Source of the DNA: Escherichia phage vB_EcoS-CHD2B1
Direction: 5' to 3' (one strand)
DNA: 45,144 nucleotides
Sequence record: MZ234026.1
Under the pieces are notes generated by a model that worked only from the letters and a program-made list of their open reading frames with translations, was not told where the DNA came from and did no database searches. Positions 7,524 through 16,265 of this stretch are shown in pieces (the stretch's first letter is position 1; every line of letters starts with the position of its first letter). The position numbers and the translations under genes are program-made.

Positions 7524-9811
7524 AAGACTTCGAACGCCTGTTTCTTGACACCGAGACATATAGCGGGGTGGACCTGAAGAAAGCAGGTGCGTATGCCTAT
7601 GCAGAACACCCATCCACCGAGATTATGATTTGCACCTACGCCATCGACGAGGGCCGCGTGCAGACATGGGACGCCACTGAATCCCCCACGATGCCGCGTG
7701 AACTGCGCAAGGCGCTACGCCAGGTAACCCGCAAGAAAGCAAAAATAGTGATGGCTAACGGCCTCCTGTTTGACCGCCTGGTTATCCGTGAAAAGTGGGG
7801 CATCGACCTGCCGGTAAGCCAGATCGAAGATACGATGATTATGGCCTTTCGTCACGCGCTGCCGGGTGGCCTCGATATGCAATGCCAGGTGCTGGGCGTT
7901 GACGCAGAGCACGCGAAGGATAAGGCAGGCAAGGCGCTGATTAAGCGATTTTGTAAGCCGACCCCTAAGACCTACAAAATCCGCCGCTACACGCGCGAGA
8001 CTCACCCTGAAGAATGGGCTAAATTCCTGCGCTATGCCGCGCTGGATATTATCGCAATGCGTGAAGTCTACTGGCGAATACCGGACTGGGGCAACTCACC
8101 GAAGGAAGATGAAATCCTGCGTATCGACCAGTTGATTAACGACCGTGGCTTCTATGTGGACGTTGACCTGGCGAACGCCGCGATCAAGGCGGTGCAGGTG
8201 CACAAAGAAGAATTGAAGGAAGAAGCCTGGGAACTGTTCGGCGGTAAACTGACCGGTAATGACTTCCTGCCAATCCTGCGTGATATTGCCCCGGCGTTCA
8301 CCATTCACAACGCGCAGAAATCCACGCTGAATGACTTGCTGGAAGATCCAGACTTCCCCGACGAGGGCAAAGTGCTTATTGAAATGCGCCTCGGCGCGTC
8401 ATCAACGGCATCGACTAAATACAATCCGCTCGTCAATGGTCTTTCTGCCGATGGTCGCCGCCGTGGTTGTCTTCAGTATGGTGGGGCAAAGCGCACACTA
8501 CGCTGGGCCGGTAAAGGCTTTCAGCCTCAAAACCTGGCACGTGGCGAGTACAGTGATGACCACGAAGGGAAGATTAAGCGCCGCGAAGGTGAGAGCGACG
8601 TCTCGTTTTGGGTACGGTCGCACATGCTCACCAACGGCATCAACTCCCTGTTACGCGGGACCGCGCACTGGGCGTATGACATATCGAAGCTAACCGCCTC
8701 GACCGTTCGCGGGTGCATTATCCCGGCTAAGGGCAAGAAGTTTGTTGTAGCGGACTACTCCAACGTGGAAGGGCGTGGCCTTGCCTGGATCGCTGGCGAG
8801 AAAACCGCGCTTATGGTGTTTAAGGCCGGACGCGATATCTATTGTGAAACTGCCGGTAAGATGTTTGGCCTTGACCCGGACTACATCAAAGCCAACCGCA
8901 AAGACCTACGCCAGATTGGTAAGGCGTGTGAATTGGGACTGGGCTATGGTGGCGGCGTCGCGGCGTTCTTGCAGTTTGCTAAAAACCTGGGCCTCGACCT
9001 GTACGCAATGGCTGACGTCATGAAGGGAACATTCCCCGATCATATTTGGGCGGCGGCTAAACGCGGTTATGAGTTTGCCCGCATCAACGAAGCGAAGCGC
9101 CCGCCGAAGCCCGGCAAGAAAGACGAGCGCCCGACTTACATACTGCCTAAAAACGTGTGGTTGACCTGCGACGCGATCAAACGTATGTGGCGTGAATCTC
9201 ACCCGAAGACCGTAGCCTTTTGGGCCGAGCTTGAGGAGGCGGTGTTATGTGCGATACGCAATCCAGGTAAGGCATACTGGGCTGGCGCGAACGTTCGCCC
9301 GGATGGCAAGAAAGCGCTCAAGATTGTGCGCACGAAGGCGAAGCACGACCCCACCTTTGACGAGGAACGCGACGACCCGAACGCCGCGGGCTGGTGGCTG
9401 AAGGTTGAGTTGCCGTCAGGGCGAATCATGAGCTACCCCGGAATCGCGCTGTCTGTCACTACCGAGATTGACGAAGACACCGGCAAGAAGCGCACCAGTA
9501 CCCGCATCAAATACCAGGGCGAGAATCAGACGACGCGCCAGTGGGGATTCCAGTACACCTACGGCGGCAAACTTACGGAGAACATCGTACAGGCGTTGTG
9601 CCGCGATATTCTCGCATGGTCCATGCCTGGTGTTGAAGCTGCGGGCTATGAAATCGTCCTGTCAGTGCACGATGAATTGATCACCGAAGTGCCGGACACC
9701 GACGATTACACGACCGAGGAGCTTTGCGCGCTGATGTGTGACCTGCCTATATGGGCGAAAGGTTTCCCACTTGCCGCCGAAGGCGACATCATGTATCGGT
9801 ATAGGAAGTAA
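7520..9811 (+). CDS. DNA polymerase, family A, with N-terminal 3'-5' proofreading exonuclease domain
   Basis: 763 aa; Exo I motif FLDTETYS; polymerase motifs RQIGKACELGLGYGGG and LSVHDELITEV. Confidence 0.9.
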   Translation: MKDFERLFLDTETYSGVDLKKAGAYAYAEHPSTEIMICTYAIDEGRVQTWDATESPTMPRELRKALRQVTRKKAKIVMANGLLFDRLVIREKWGIDLPVSQIEDTMIMAFRHALPGGLDMQCQVLGVDAEHAKDKAGKALIKRFCKPTPKTYKIRRYTRETHPEEWAKFLRYAALDIIAMREVYWRIPDWGNSPKEDEILRIDQLINDRGFYVDVDLANAAIKAVQVHKEELKEEAWELFGGKLTGNDFLPILRDIAPAFTIHNAQKSTLNDLLEDPDFPDEGKVLIEMRLGASSTASTKYNPLVNGLSADGRRRGCLQYGGAKRTLRWAGKGFQPQNLARGEYSDDHEGKIKRREGESDVSFWVRSHMLTNGINSLLRGTAHWAYDISKLTASTVRGCIIPAKGKKFVVADYSNVEGRGLAWIAGEKTALMVFKAGRDIYCETAGKMFGLDPDYIKANRKDLRQIGKACELGLGYGGGVAAFLQFAKNLGLDLYAMADVMKGTFPDHIWAAAKRGYEFARINEAKRPPKPGKKDERPTYILPKNVWLTCDAIKRMWRESHPKTVAFWAELEEAVLCAIRNPGKAYWAGANVRPDGKKALKIVRTKAKHDPTFDEERDDPNAAGWWLKVELPSGRIMSYPGIALSVTTEIDEDTGKKRTSTRIKYQGENQTTRQWGFQYTYGGKLTENIVQALCRDILAWSMPGVEAAGYEIVLSVHDELITEVPDTDDYTTEELCALMCDLPIWAKGFPLAAEGDIMYRYRK

Positions 9812-9851
9812 GATTATGAAAGCAGAATTAAGCATAATGCGCGCTGGCGCT

Positions 9852-9880
9852 AACCGGTAGATCTGACATACCGGTAGATC
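9852..9880. repeat. Two direct copies of ACCGGTAGATCT (period 17 bp)
   Basis: aaccggtagatctgacataccggtagatct in the 100-bp gap between polymerase and VRR-NUC genes. Confidence 0.6.
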
Positions 9881-9911
9881 TACGTCTGCGTAACGTGGAG
9901 TTGCAAACCAA

Positions 9912-10190
9912 ATGACACCAGAAGGCAAGATTCAAAGTCACCTGATGCGACGGGTGAAAGAGGTTGGCGGATTCTGCCGCAAGCTGGCATGGGAGGGGCG
10001 CGCAGGTGCGCCCGACCTGATTATTATCATCAACGGCATCATAGTATTCGTCGAAGTGAAGCGCCCCGGAGGAAAACCGAAGCCGCACCAGGTGCGAGAA
10101 CATGAGCGAATGGCCCGCCGCGGTGCTGACGTTCGCGTTATTGACAACATAGCCGACTGCGATTTATTGGTTGCTGAATTGGTCGCGTAG
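9912..10190 (+). CDS. VRR-NUC domain nuclease (PD-(D/E)XK superfamily)
   Basis: 92 aa; GAPDLIII...VFVEVKRPGGKPKPHQ pattern. Confidence 0.65.
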   Translation: MTPEGKIQSHLMRRVKEVGGFCRKLAWEGRAGAPDLIIIINGIIVFVEVKRPGGKPKPHQVREHERMARRGADVRVIDNIADCDLLVAELVA

Positions 10191-10230
10191 CGGTATAGTG
10201 TGCCGGTTAGCCCTATCGAGGATTTTAGAA

Positions 10231-10404
10231 ATGATTGAAGAAAAACGTTGTAGTAATTGCGGATGCATCAAGCCGCTATCCCAGTTCCACAAATACACCG
10301 GAAAGACTGCGCGCAGTCCAGACGGGCATCGGGCCGAGTGCAAATCGTGCCGCAATAAGAAAGAACGTGAACGGCAGCGCCGCTATCGCGCAGAACAAGA
10401 ATAA
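10231..10404 (+). CDS. Small zinc-ribbon protein (CxxC...CxxC), basic C-terminus
   Basis: ATG at 10231 with GAGGA RBS; CSNCGC...CKSCRNKKERERQRR. Confidence 0.45.
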   Translation: MIEEKRCSNCGCIKPLSQFHKYTGKTARSPDGHRAECKSCRNKKERERQRRYRAEQE

Positions 10405-10440
10405 TCAATACGGCGGGCTTGTCCCGCCATTTTTGGAGGC

Positions 10441-10665
10441 ATGACGATGAAAGAACATTACCGACTCACCAAGCTGGGCGAGTGCAAACCTGGCGATCGC
10501 GTATGGTTTATCGCAGGCATGAATTACCCGCTGCCGTTGACAGTGTGCTGGCAGAAGTTTAAGAGCTTCCGCGCGACCGGTGTGCACATTGGACACGCCA
10601 CCAACTACGACGCCACAAAGAGGAATTGGAACAGTGAAACCGAAGTCTGGAAAAAGGCGGAATAA
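10441..10665 (+). CDS. Hypothetical protein (72-74 aa)
   Basis: ATG at 10441 or 10447 after GGAGG. Confidence 0.5.
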   Translation: MTMKEHYRLTKLGECKPGDRVWFIAGMNYPLPLTVCWQKFKSFRATGVHIGHATNYDATKRNWNSETEVWKKAE

Positions 10666-10669
10666 AGAT

Positions 10670-12094
10670 ATGGCACGATTCCGACGTCGCGAATATCAGA
10701 AATTGATAACCGCGTTTATTCTCAAGCATGAGCGCTGCAATATTTGGGCGACAATGGGGTCCGGTAAAACCGGCGCGACTATGTGGGCGCTAAACAAAAT
10801 GTTCCAGACTGGCATCCTGTCCAACCAGGAGGACCGCGTACTGGTGCTGGCCCCGCTGCGCGTTGCGTCCGGTACGTGGCCTCCGGAACAAGAAAAATGG
10901 AGATTCCCCGCCCTGCTGGTAGTAGACGGCACCGGGCCAGAGAAGGACCGCATTGCGGCGCTTGAGAGCAACGCTAACGTGGTTTGTGTCAACTACGATG
11001 TTGTTGAGTGGCTTGTCGAGTATTGCGGCGACGAGTGGCCTTTTACGGTCGTTGTTGCCGATGAATCTACTAAGCTGAAAGGATATCGCAGCAAGCAAGG
11101 CAGTAAGCGCGCACGCGCACTGGCGGCGATCGCACATAAGCACGTCAGGCGCTGGATTAACCTGACCGGCACACCAGCACCAAACGGACTGAAAGACCTA
11201 TGGGGCCAGACGTGGTTTGTCGACGGTGGCGAACGACTCGGCAGTAGCTATAAGGCATTCACCGATCGCTGGTTTATTAGCAAGCCTGTTAAGCCTGGCA
11301 GCTTCACTATGCAGCACGCCCCGCTAAAGAACTCCGAGAAGGAGATCCAACAGCGCCTGTCCGATGTATCCCTTACCGTGGACGCGGCTGAATACTTCGG
11401 ATGTGACAAGCCAATCTACACGCCGGTTGTCGTGGACCTGCCGAAGAAAGCCCGCAAGATTTATGACCAGTTTGAGAGTGAGCTATTTGCCGAACTGGAA
11501 AGCGGAACAGTGGAAGCGGCGAACGCTGCGGCTAAGACCATCAAGTGCCTTCAGCTTGCATCCGGTGCCGTGTATAAGGTGGACGAAGACGGAGAGCGGA
11601 CCGACGAGTGGGAGAAGATTCACGACGCCAAGCTGGACGCGCTGGAAAGTATCGTAGAGGAGTTGAACGGAGCGCCGTTGCTCGTTGCGTACCAGTACAA
11701 GCACGACCTGGCACGTCTGAAGAAGAAGTTTCCCCACGGCGTTGCGATGGGTAAGGGTAAGCAGGGCAATAAGGATATGGAAGCGTGGAACAGGGGCGAG
11801 ATTCCCATCATGTTCGCACACCCGGCATCGGCTGGTCACGGCCTTAACTTGCAGGACGGCGGTCATCACCTGGCTATCTTCTCGGATACGTGGAACTATG
11901 AGCACTTTGCGCAGATCGTGGAGCGTATCGGGCCAGTTCGCCAGATGCAAGCCGGGCACCCTCGACCGGTATTCGTCTATATTATCCAGGCACGCGGGAC
12001 ACTGGACGAACTGGTGGCGGACCGCCGCGATGGTAAGCGCGACATCCAGGACGACTTGATGGAATACATGAAAGCTAAGAAGGTGCGCAAGTGA
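10670..12094 (+). CDS. SNF2/DEAD-like superfamily 2 helicase
   Basis: ATG at 10670 preferred over the GTG at 10580 listed in the ORF track; motif I ATMGSGKTGAT, motif II VVADESTKL, LTGTPAPN. Confidence 0.75.
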   Translation: MARFRRREYQKLITAFILKHERCNIWATMGSGKTGATMWALNKMFQTGILSNQEDRVLVLAPLRVASGTWPPEQEKWRFPALLVVDGTGPEKDRIAALESNANVVCVNYDVVEWLVEYCGDEWPFTVVVADESTKLKGYRSKQGSKRARALAAIAHKHVRRWINLTGTPAPNGLKDLWGQTWFVDGGERLGSSYKAFTDRWFISKPVKPGSFTMQHAPLKNSEKEIQQRLSDVSLTVDAAEYFGCDKPIYTPVVVDLPKKARKIYDQFESELFAELESGTVEAANAAAKTIKCLQLASGAVYKVDEDGERTDEWEKIHDAKLDALESIVEELNGAPLLVAYQYKHDLARLKKKFPHGVAMGKGKQGNKDMEAWNRGEIPIMFAHPASAGHGLNLQDGGHHLAIFSDTWNYEHFAQIVERIGPVRQMQAGHPRPVFVYIIQARGTLDELVADRRDGKRDIQDDLMEYMKAKKVRK

Positions 12095-12786
12095 TTATCT
12101 GGTCATTATTTGACGGCAGCGGCTTGATGATAGAGCGCGCTGCCGAGATGGGGCATAAATGCTACTGTTTCAACTACTCGGAAGCCGATCACGGGTCTTA
12201 CCTTGACTACCGGATTTATGGTCGCGGTATCCGCTATCGTAACGAGTTTATCGATCTGGACTTCGTGGACCGCGCGATGAATGGCGATTTCGGCACGCCG
12301 GATATTATCTACGCGTTTCCGCCGTGTACGGATCTGGCGGTGAGCGGTGCGACAGCTTTCCCGTGCAAGCGTGCGAAAGACCCCGCCTTTCAGCTTAAGG
12401 CAGTGCGCACCGCGAAGATTGCCGCTTACCTGGGTGACTTCTTTGAAGTGCCATATATGATTGAGAATCCGCGCAGTGTGCTATCCACCCAGTGGCGCAA
12501 GCCAGACCACTCGTTTGATCCGTGGGAGTATGGCGGCTATCTGCCGGAGGATGACGTACATCCGTTGTTCCCGGAATACATCAACGACCGCGATTCATAT
12601 CCAAAGCTGACCTGTTTATGGACCGGCAATGGCTTTCGTATGCCGGAGAAAAAGCCGGTATTCGTTGAAAAAGGGTACTCGAAGCAGTATAGTCGCCTCG
12701 GTGGCAAATCTGCCCGCACCAAATTAATCCGGTCGCTCACTCCGCGCGGCTTCGCAATTGCAGTCAATGAGGAAAATTTAAAATGA
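12091..12786 (+). CDS. DNA (cytosine-5)-methyltransferase-like protein, short form
   Basis: GTG start overlapping helicase stop; motif I SLFDGSG, motif IV FPPC, ENV-like MIENP. Confidence 0.55.
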   Translation: MIIWSLFDGSGLMIERAAEMGHKCYCFNYSEADHGSYLDYRIYGRGIRYRNEFIDLDFVDRAMNGDFGTPDIIYAFPPCTDLAVSGATAFPCKRAKDPAFQLKAVRTAKIAAYLGDFFEVPYMIENPRSVLSTQWRKPDHSFDPWEYGGYLPEDDVHPLFPEYINDRDSYPKLTCLWTGNGFRMPEKKPVFVEKGYSKQYSRLGGKSARTKLIRSLTPRGFAIAVNEENLK

Positions 12787-13106
12787 ATACTACATTCGAA
12801 GCCATCGACTTCTCGGTAGCAATGACTAACCAACTATTCACCTACGACAGTAAGACCGGCGTCATCCGTCTGAAGTCTACCGGCTGCAAGATTGGCAACC
12901 TTAACACTGCCGATGGCGGTACGCGTATCGAATGCAACGGCAAGACGCTGTCTGGCGCGCGCGTGGCGTGGATTATCGAGACGGGCAATACAATCCCTCC
13001 AGGTTTCGCCGTTGTGTGCCGCCAGCGCACGCCAGGGCACTACGGCAACCGCATGAGCAACTTGTATCTGGTAGACGTAGCGCGCGACCCAAATTTTTAT
13101 GAATAA
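12783..13106 (+). CDS. HNH_3-like endonuclease family protein, possibly degenerate
   Basis: 107 aa; pattern YDSKTGVI...NGKTLSGARVAWIIETGNTIPPG...GNRMSNL resembles AP2/HNH_3 phage endonucleases but catalytic His positions are not all evident. Confidence 0.4.
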   Translation: MNTTFEAIDFSVAMTNQLFTYDSKTGVIRLKSTGCKIGNLNTADGGTRIECNGKTLSGARVAWIIETGNTIPPGFAVVCRQRTPGHYGNRMSNLYLVDVARDPNFYE

Positions 13107-13111
13107 ATTGG

Positions 13112-13140
13112 TTGCGTAATTAGATTGGTTGCATTATCTT
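13112..13140 (+). promoter_or_regulatory. Putative promoter TTGCGT-N17-TATCTT overlapping two TTGGTTGC motifs
   Basis: Motifs at 13108..13115 and 13125..13132 upstream of gene at 13187. Confidence 0.3.
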
Positions 13141-13186
13141 AAGGGTGTCCGGTTGGACGCCCTTTTTAATACCTGGAGACATTACG

Positions 13187-13429
13187 ATGAAATCATTGTT
13201 TTTCGACTACGATGGCGACCTTCGATTTTGGGTAATACTAACCCTCATGTTTGCCGGTTGTATTGGTATCCCTTCTACGGCTATTTACTACGTCGACCGC
13301 TACGAATGCCAGACCGTGTACGCCGAGCAAACAGGCCGTAATACCCAATGGCGCTACGGTGTTTGCTGGGTAGAGATGGACGGCAAATTTATCCCACGCG
13401 ATGAAATCCGCACTACGGAGCTTAAATAA
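13187..13429 (+). CDS. Small membrane protein (80 aa)
   Basis: ATG with GGAGA RBS; hydrophobic segment FWVILTLMFAGCIGIPSTAIYYV. Confidence 0.5.
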   Translation: MKSLFFDYDGDLRFWVILTLMFAGCIGIPSTAIYYVDRYECQTVYAEQTGRNTQWRYGVCWVEMDGKFIPRDEIRTTELK

Positions 13430-13894
13430 ATGAAAATTTTACAAGAAGAGAAAAATTACTGGGCCGCGCAGTGCCTCGAAGCCCGCGAACAGGCCGAACG
13501 CGCGAACGCGCTGGCAGACACCTACCTTGCGAGCTATGAAGGTGAGGAGAAGGTGCGCAAGGAGTTAGAGGAGCGCTTCGAACTGCTGTTCGAACTGATG
13601 GGGATTATGCAGCGCACCGGATACACAACCACCGCGGTGCTTAATCGCATGACGGCTGAAGGTCTGCGTGAGCATTGCAAACGTGCCGAGGCGTACGTGC
13701 GTCCGAAGGGCCGCCAGTCCGCGGTCGCCCGTAAAGACCTGGTGCTTATGGCGTGGCGACACCCAACAAACGGCAACTTCTACCCGGACGCGCGCCCTTT
13801 GGGGGTGTCGGAGACGCAGCGATTGCAGCGAATCCTGAAGAAAGGGGAAAAGATTGCCCTTTACGCGATAGACACCGACCATGCAGAAGAGTGA
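13430..13894 (+). CDS. Hypothetical protein (154 aa)
   Basis: ORF with ATG start immediately after the upstream stop. Confidence 0.5.
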   Translation: MKILQEEKNYWAAQCLEAREQAERANALADTYLASYEGEEKVRKELEERFELLFELMGIMQRTGYTTTAVLNRMTAEGLREHCKRAEAYVRPKGRQSAVARKDLVLMAWRHPTNGNFYPDARPLGVSETQRLQRILKKGEKIALYAIDTDHAEE

Positions 13895-14366
13895 GCAAAA
13901 GGATAGCTGGCGCACTCCGCCAGCTTTATTTAAACCGCTGCGCCGTAAGTACCGATTTCGTTACGATATGGCTGCAAGCGACGCCAATCACCTGCTACCG
14001 CGCTACTTCACGGCAGAGCATAGCGCGCTTGATGCGGACTGGTCAGAGTTGAAAGGGTGGAAGTGGTGCAACCCGCCGTACTCCGATCCGCTGCCGTGGG
14101 TCGAGTGCGCTGCGCACGGACGCCGTACTGTCATGCTACTGAATCAGGACACGTCAACGAAGTGGGCGAAGCTGGCCCGGAAGACTGCCAATATGATAAT
14201 TCTTCTGGACTGGCGTGTGCGATTTATCCATGCTGTGACCGGCGAAGTTGGGCCGAGCAATAACAAGTGCCAGCAATTGATAATATTTGACGAAGCGCCG
14301 CCCATCGGCAGCGCACAAATTGAAATAATGAGCGAGAGAGAACTACATGAATATCTTAATCGTTGA
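13881..14366 (+). CDS. Phage-type DNA N6-adenine methyltransferase (Dam-like)
   Basis: 161 aa; DSWRTPPALF...DMAASDANHL...WCNPPYS (NPPY catalytic motif). Confidence 0.75.
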   Translation: MQKSEQKDSWRTPPALFKPLRRKYRFRYDMAASDANHLLPRYFTAEHSALDADWSELKGWKWCNPPYSDPLPWVECAAHGRRTVMLLNQDTSTKWAKLARKTANMIILLDWRVRFIHAVTGEVGPSNNKCQQLIIFDEAPPIGSAQIEIMSERELHEYLNR

Positions 14367-14571
14367 CCGCGACCCCGCGGTAGTGGACCAAATGCAAAGG
14401 GACTTCATCATTGACCCGCGCCGCGACCGAGTGATGCGCGCCAGCCGCCCGGAATACATCCTGGGCCTGGACCTCACCGGCTGGCTTGTCATAACCAAGC
14501 GTTGCCATTTTGTATGCAACTCCGTTACTGCGCGAAGCGCCCGCTACACCCTTATTGAGAGCTTAAAATGA
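14347..14571 (+). CDS. Hypothetical protein (74 aa)
   Basis: ORF overlapping neighbours at both ends. Confidence 0.45.
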   Translation: MNILIVDRDPAVVDQMQRDFIIDPRRDRVMRASRPEYILGLDLTGWLVITKRCHFVCNSVTARSARYTLIESLK

Positions 14572-15038
14572 AACTACTGATTTGTGATCTGGATGGCGTT
14601 ATTAATGGTTCAAGTGATGCGCGTGCTGACCTGGTGCCCGGCATAAAAACCAAATCAACCTTTTGGGCGAAGTGGCACAAAGCACACGTACGCGAAGACC
14701 TTAACATGGATATGCTGCCGCTGCTGCGCATGTACAAAGAGCAAGGCTTCGAGATAGCGTATCTGACTAACCGGCAGCGCGAATGCTGGGACACGACCGC
14801 CAAGCAATTGGAAGTATTCCCGACGGGCCGGTTGTTCATGCGCCACATGCTGGACGACACCCCTCCGCCAGAGTTTAAGGCGTGCGCTGTGTTCAAAATG
14901 GTGTGCTATGCGGACGTGTCGGAACTGGTCATCATTGAAGACTGCCCGAAGAATATCGAAGCCATCCGTCGGGCGTGCAGCGATCTGGTCCCTAAAATTT
15001 ATTCTATAAACGTAGCAAAATTTACTTGCAACCAATAG
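14568..15038 (+). CDS. HAD-superfamily phosphatase (possible nucleotidase)
   Basis: N-terminal ICDLDGVI (DxDG motif I of HAD hydrolases). Confidence 0.55.
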   Translation: MKLLICDLDGVINGSSDARADLVPGIKTKSTFWAKWHKAHVREDLNMDMLPLLRMYKEQGFEIAYLTNRQRECWDTTAKQLEVFPTGRLFMRHMLDDTPPPEFKACAVFKMVCYADVSELVIIEDCPKNIEAIRRACSDLVPKIYSINVAKFTCNQ

Positions 15039-15055
15039 GTTGGTTGCACTATAGT
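15026..15055 (+). promoter_or_regulatory. Sigma70-like promoter TTGCAA-N18-TATAGT containing palindromic operator-like site GCAACCAA-tagg-TTGGTTGC
   Basis: Perfect inverted repeat of the recurrent motif between -35 and -10. Confidence 0.5.
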
Positions 15056-15099
15056 TATCTCGTCGGGGGCAATCCGGCCCCACTAAAAAGGAAAACATC

Positions 15100-15621
15100 A
15101 TGAAAGCATTTGAATACTGCAAGAACGCCGCCACCACTATGGAACAGCGCGGGAAAGAGAACGGCTATGATAACGCGAAAGAAGAACGCAGCGCGAAGCA
15201 AATCGCTGCCGTGTTTAACGCGCTTACCGGTCGCGACCTTACAGAGCAAGAAGCCTGGACCTTCCTGATCTGCCTGAAGCTGGTGCGCCAGCACCGTAAG
15301 CACCAGGAAGACAATATTGTTGACCTGGTTGCGTATGCCGCACTACTGGGTGAGTCGCACATGACCGTGCATGATGAGATTCAGATCGATACAACGGCAG
15401 CGCAATTCGACAGCCTCAAGGGTTGGCCCCTTGACATTGCCGGTGCGTGGCATCCTTCGTCATCTGCTGGCAAGATGGTTAACGCCGCCAATTTCGGTGT
15501 GGTAGATCAAGAAGTCCAGCCTATGGTCGTGCTCACTGGCGAGGATGGGTCCAAAATTCTCATGACGCCGGAAGACTTCCGCAACATGGAAAAAACACTG
15601 GTGACTAGCGCACTTAAATAA
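15100..15621 (+). CDS. Hypothetical protein with DUF6378-like helical N-terminal domain
   Basis: 173 aa; SAKQIAAVFNALTGRDLTEQEAWTFLICLKLVRQH...DNIVDLVAYAALLGE. Confidence 0.45.
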   Translation: MKAFEYCKNAATTMEQRGKENGYDNAKEERSAKQIAAVFNALTGRDLTEQEAWTFLICLKLVRQHRKHQEDNIVDLVAYAALLGESHMTVHDEIQIDTTAAQFDSLKGWPLDIAGAWHPSSSAGKMVNAANFGVVDQEVQPMVVLTGEDGSKILMTPEDFRNMEKTLVTSALK

Positions 15622-15663
15622 TTCTAATAGCGGGCTTCGGCCCGCAGCAATGAGGACTTCACA

Positions 15664-16239
15664 ATGTACGGCGAATACGAAATAACCGGTAAACAATTCC
15701 ACATCGCGGCAATGTTAGCAAGCGTCGAGTTTGACCAGTGGCGCTTAAAGTCTGACGCGTGCAAGCAAAGCCGTCTGGTCGGTGTGCTGGGCGAGATGTT
15801 TGCGGGCATGTACCTTGAAGGGCAGGCGGGCGGGCGTAGTTGTATCCCGCAAGGCTTGCTCATGCGTACCGGCCTGTTTAGCGCCAACACCATCGACCGC
15901 GGCGATATTATCATGGTCGGTAAACGCAAGGTTAAGTCTGGCCCCGACTTCCGTGAGCACATGATTGATGCCGTCTGGACCTACGAGGTTAAAGCCACCA
16001 GCGGCATCCGTCGCGGACTGGTAGAAGCCCGTTGCGCTCGCGAATATCTAACCCGTCGAGTTGCCGGTGTTATCCTGGTGGGCGTATCGTTCGGACAACA
16101 TAGCGCGCACGGTGTAATTGAGGATATTGCGGAGCCATACGTGATTGTGAACGATTGGCCCCTGGTGGAAGTAGAAGGCAAGGAATATTATGAGAGTCCG
16201 CTGGTGCGGCGAAAAATGGATTGGGAAAACTCAAACTAA
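15664..16239 (+). CDS. Hypothetical protein (191 aa)
   Basis: ATG with GAGGA RBS; last gene of plus-strand block. Confidence 0.5.
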   Translation: MYGEYEITGKQFHIAAMLASVEFDQWRLKSDACKQSRLVGVLGEMFAGMYLEGQAGGRSCIPQGLLMRTGLFSANTIDRGDIIMVGKRKVKSGPDFREHMIDAVWTYEVKATSGIRRGLVEARCAREYLTRRVAGVILVGVSFGQHSAHGVIEDIAEPYVIVNDWPLVEVEGKEYYESPLVRRKMDWENSN

Positions 16240-16264
16240 AAAAGGGGCCGTATGGCCCCTTCTA
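16238..16264. terminator. Bidirectional hairpin terminator AAAAAAGGGGCC gtat GGCCCCTTCT between convergent genes
   Basis: 6-bp G/C stem flanked by A-run and T-rich tract; convergent gene ends at 16239 and 16266. Confidence 0.65.
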
Positions 16265-16265
16265 A

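Noticed and set aside
10580-10669. GTG start at 10580 for the SNF2-like helicase as listed in the ORF track
   Set aside because: It would overlap the preceding gene by 86 nt and lacks an RBS; ATG at 10670 directly follows the upstream stop.
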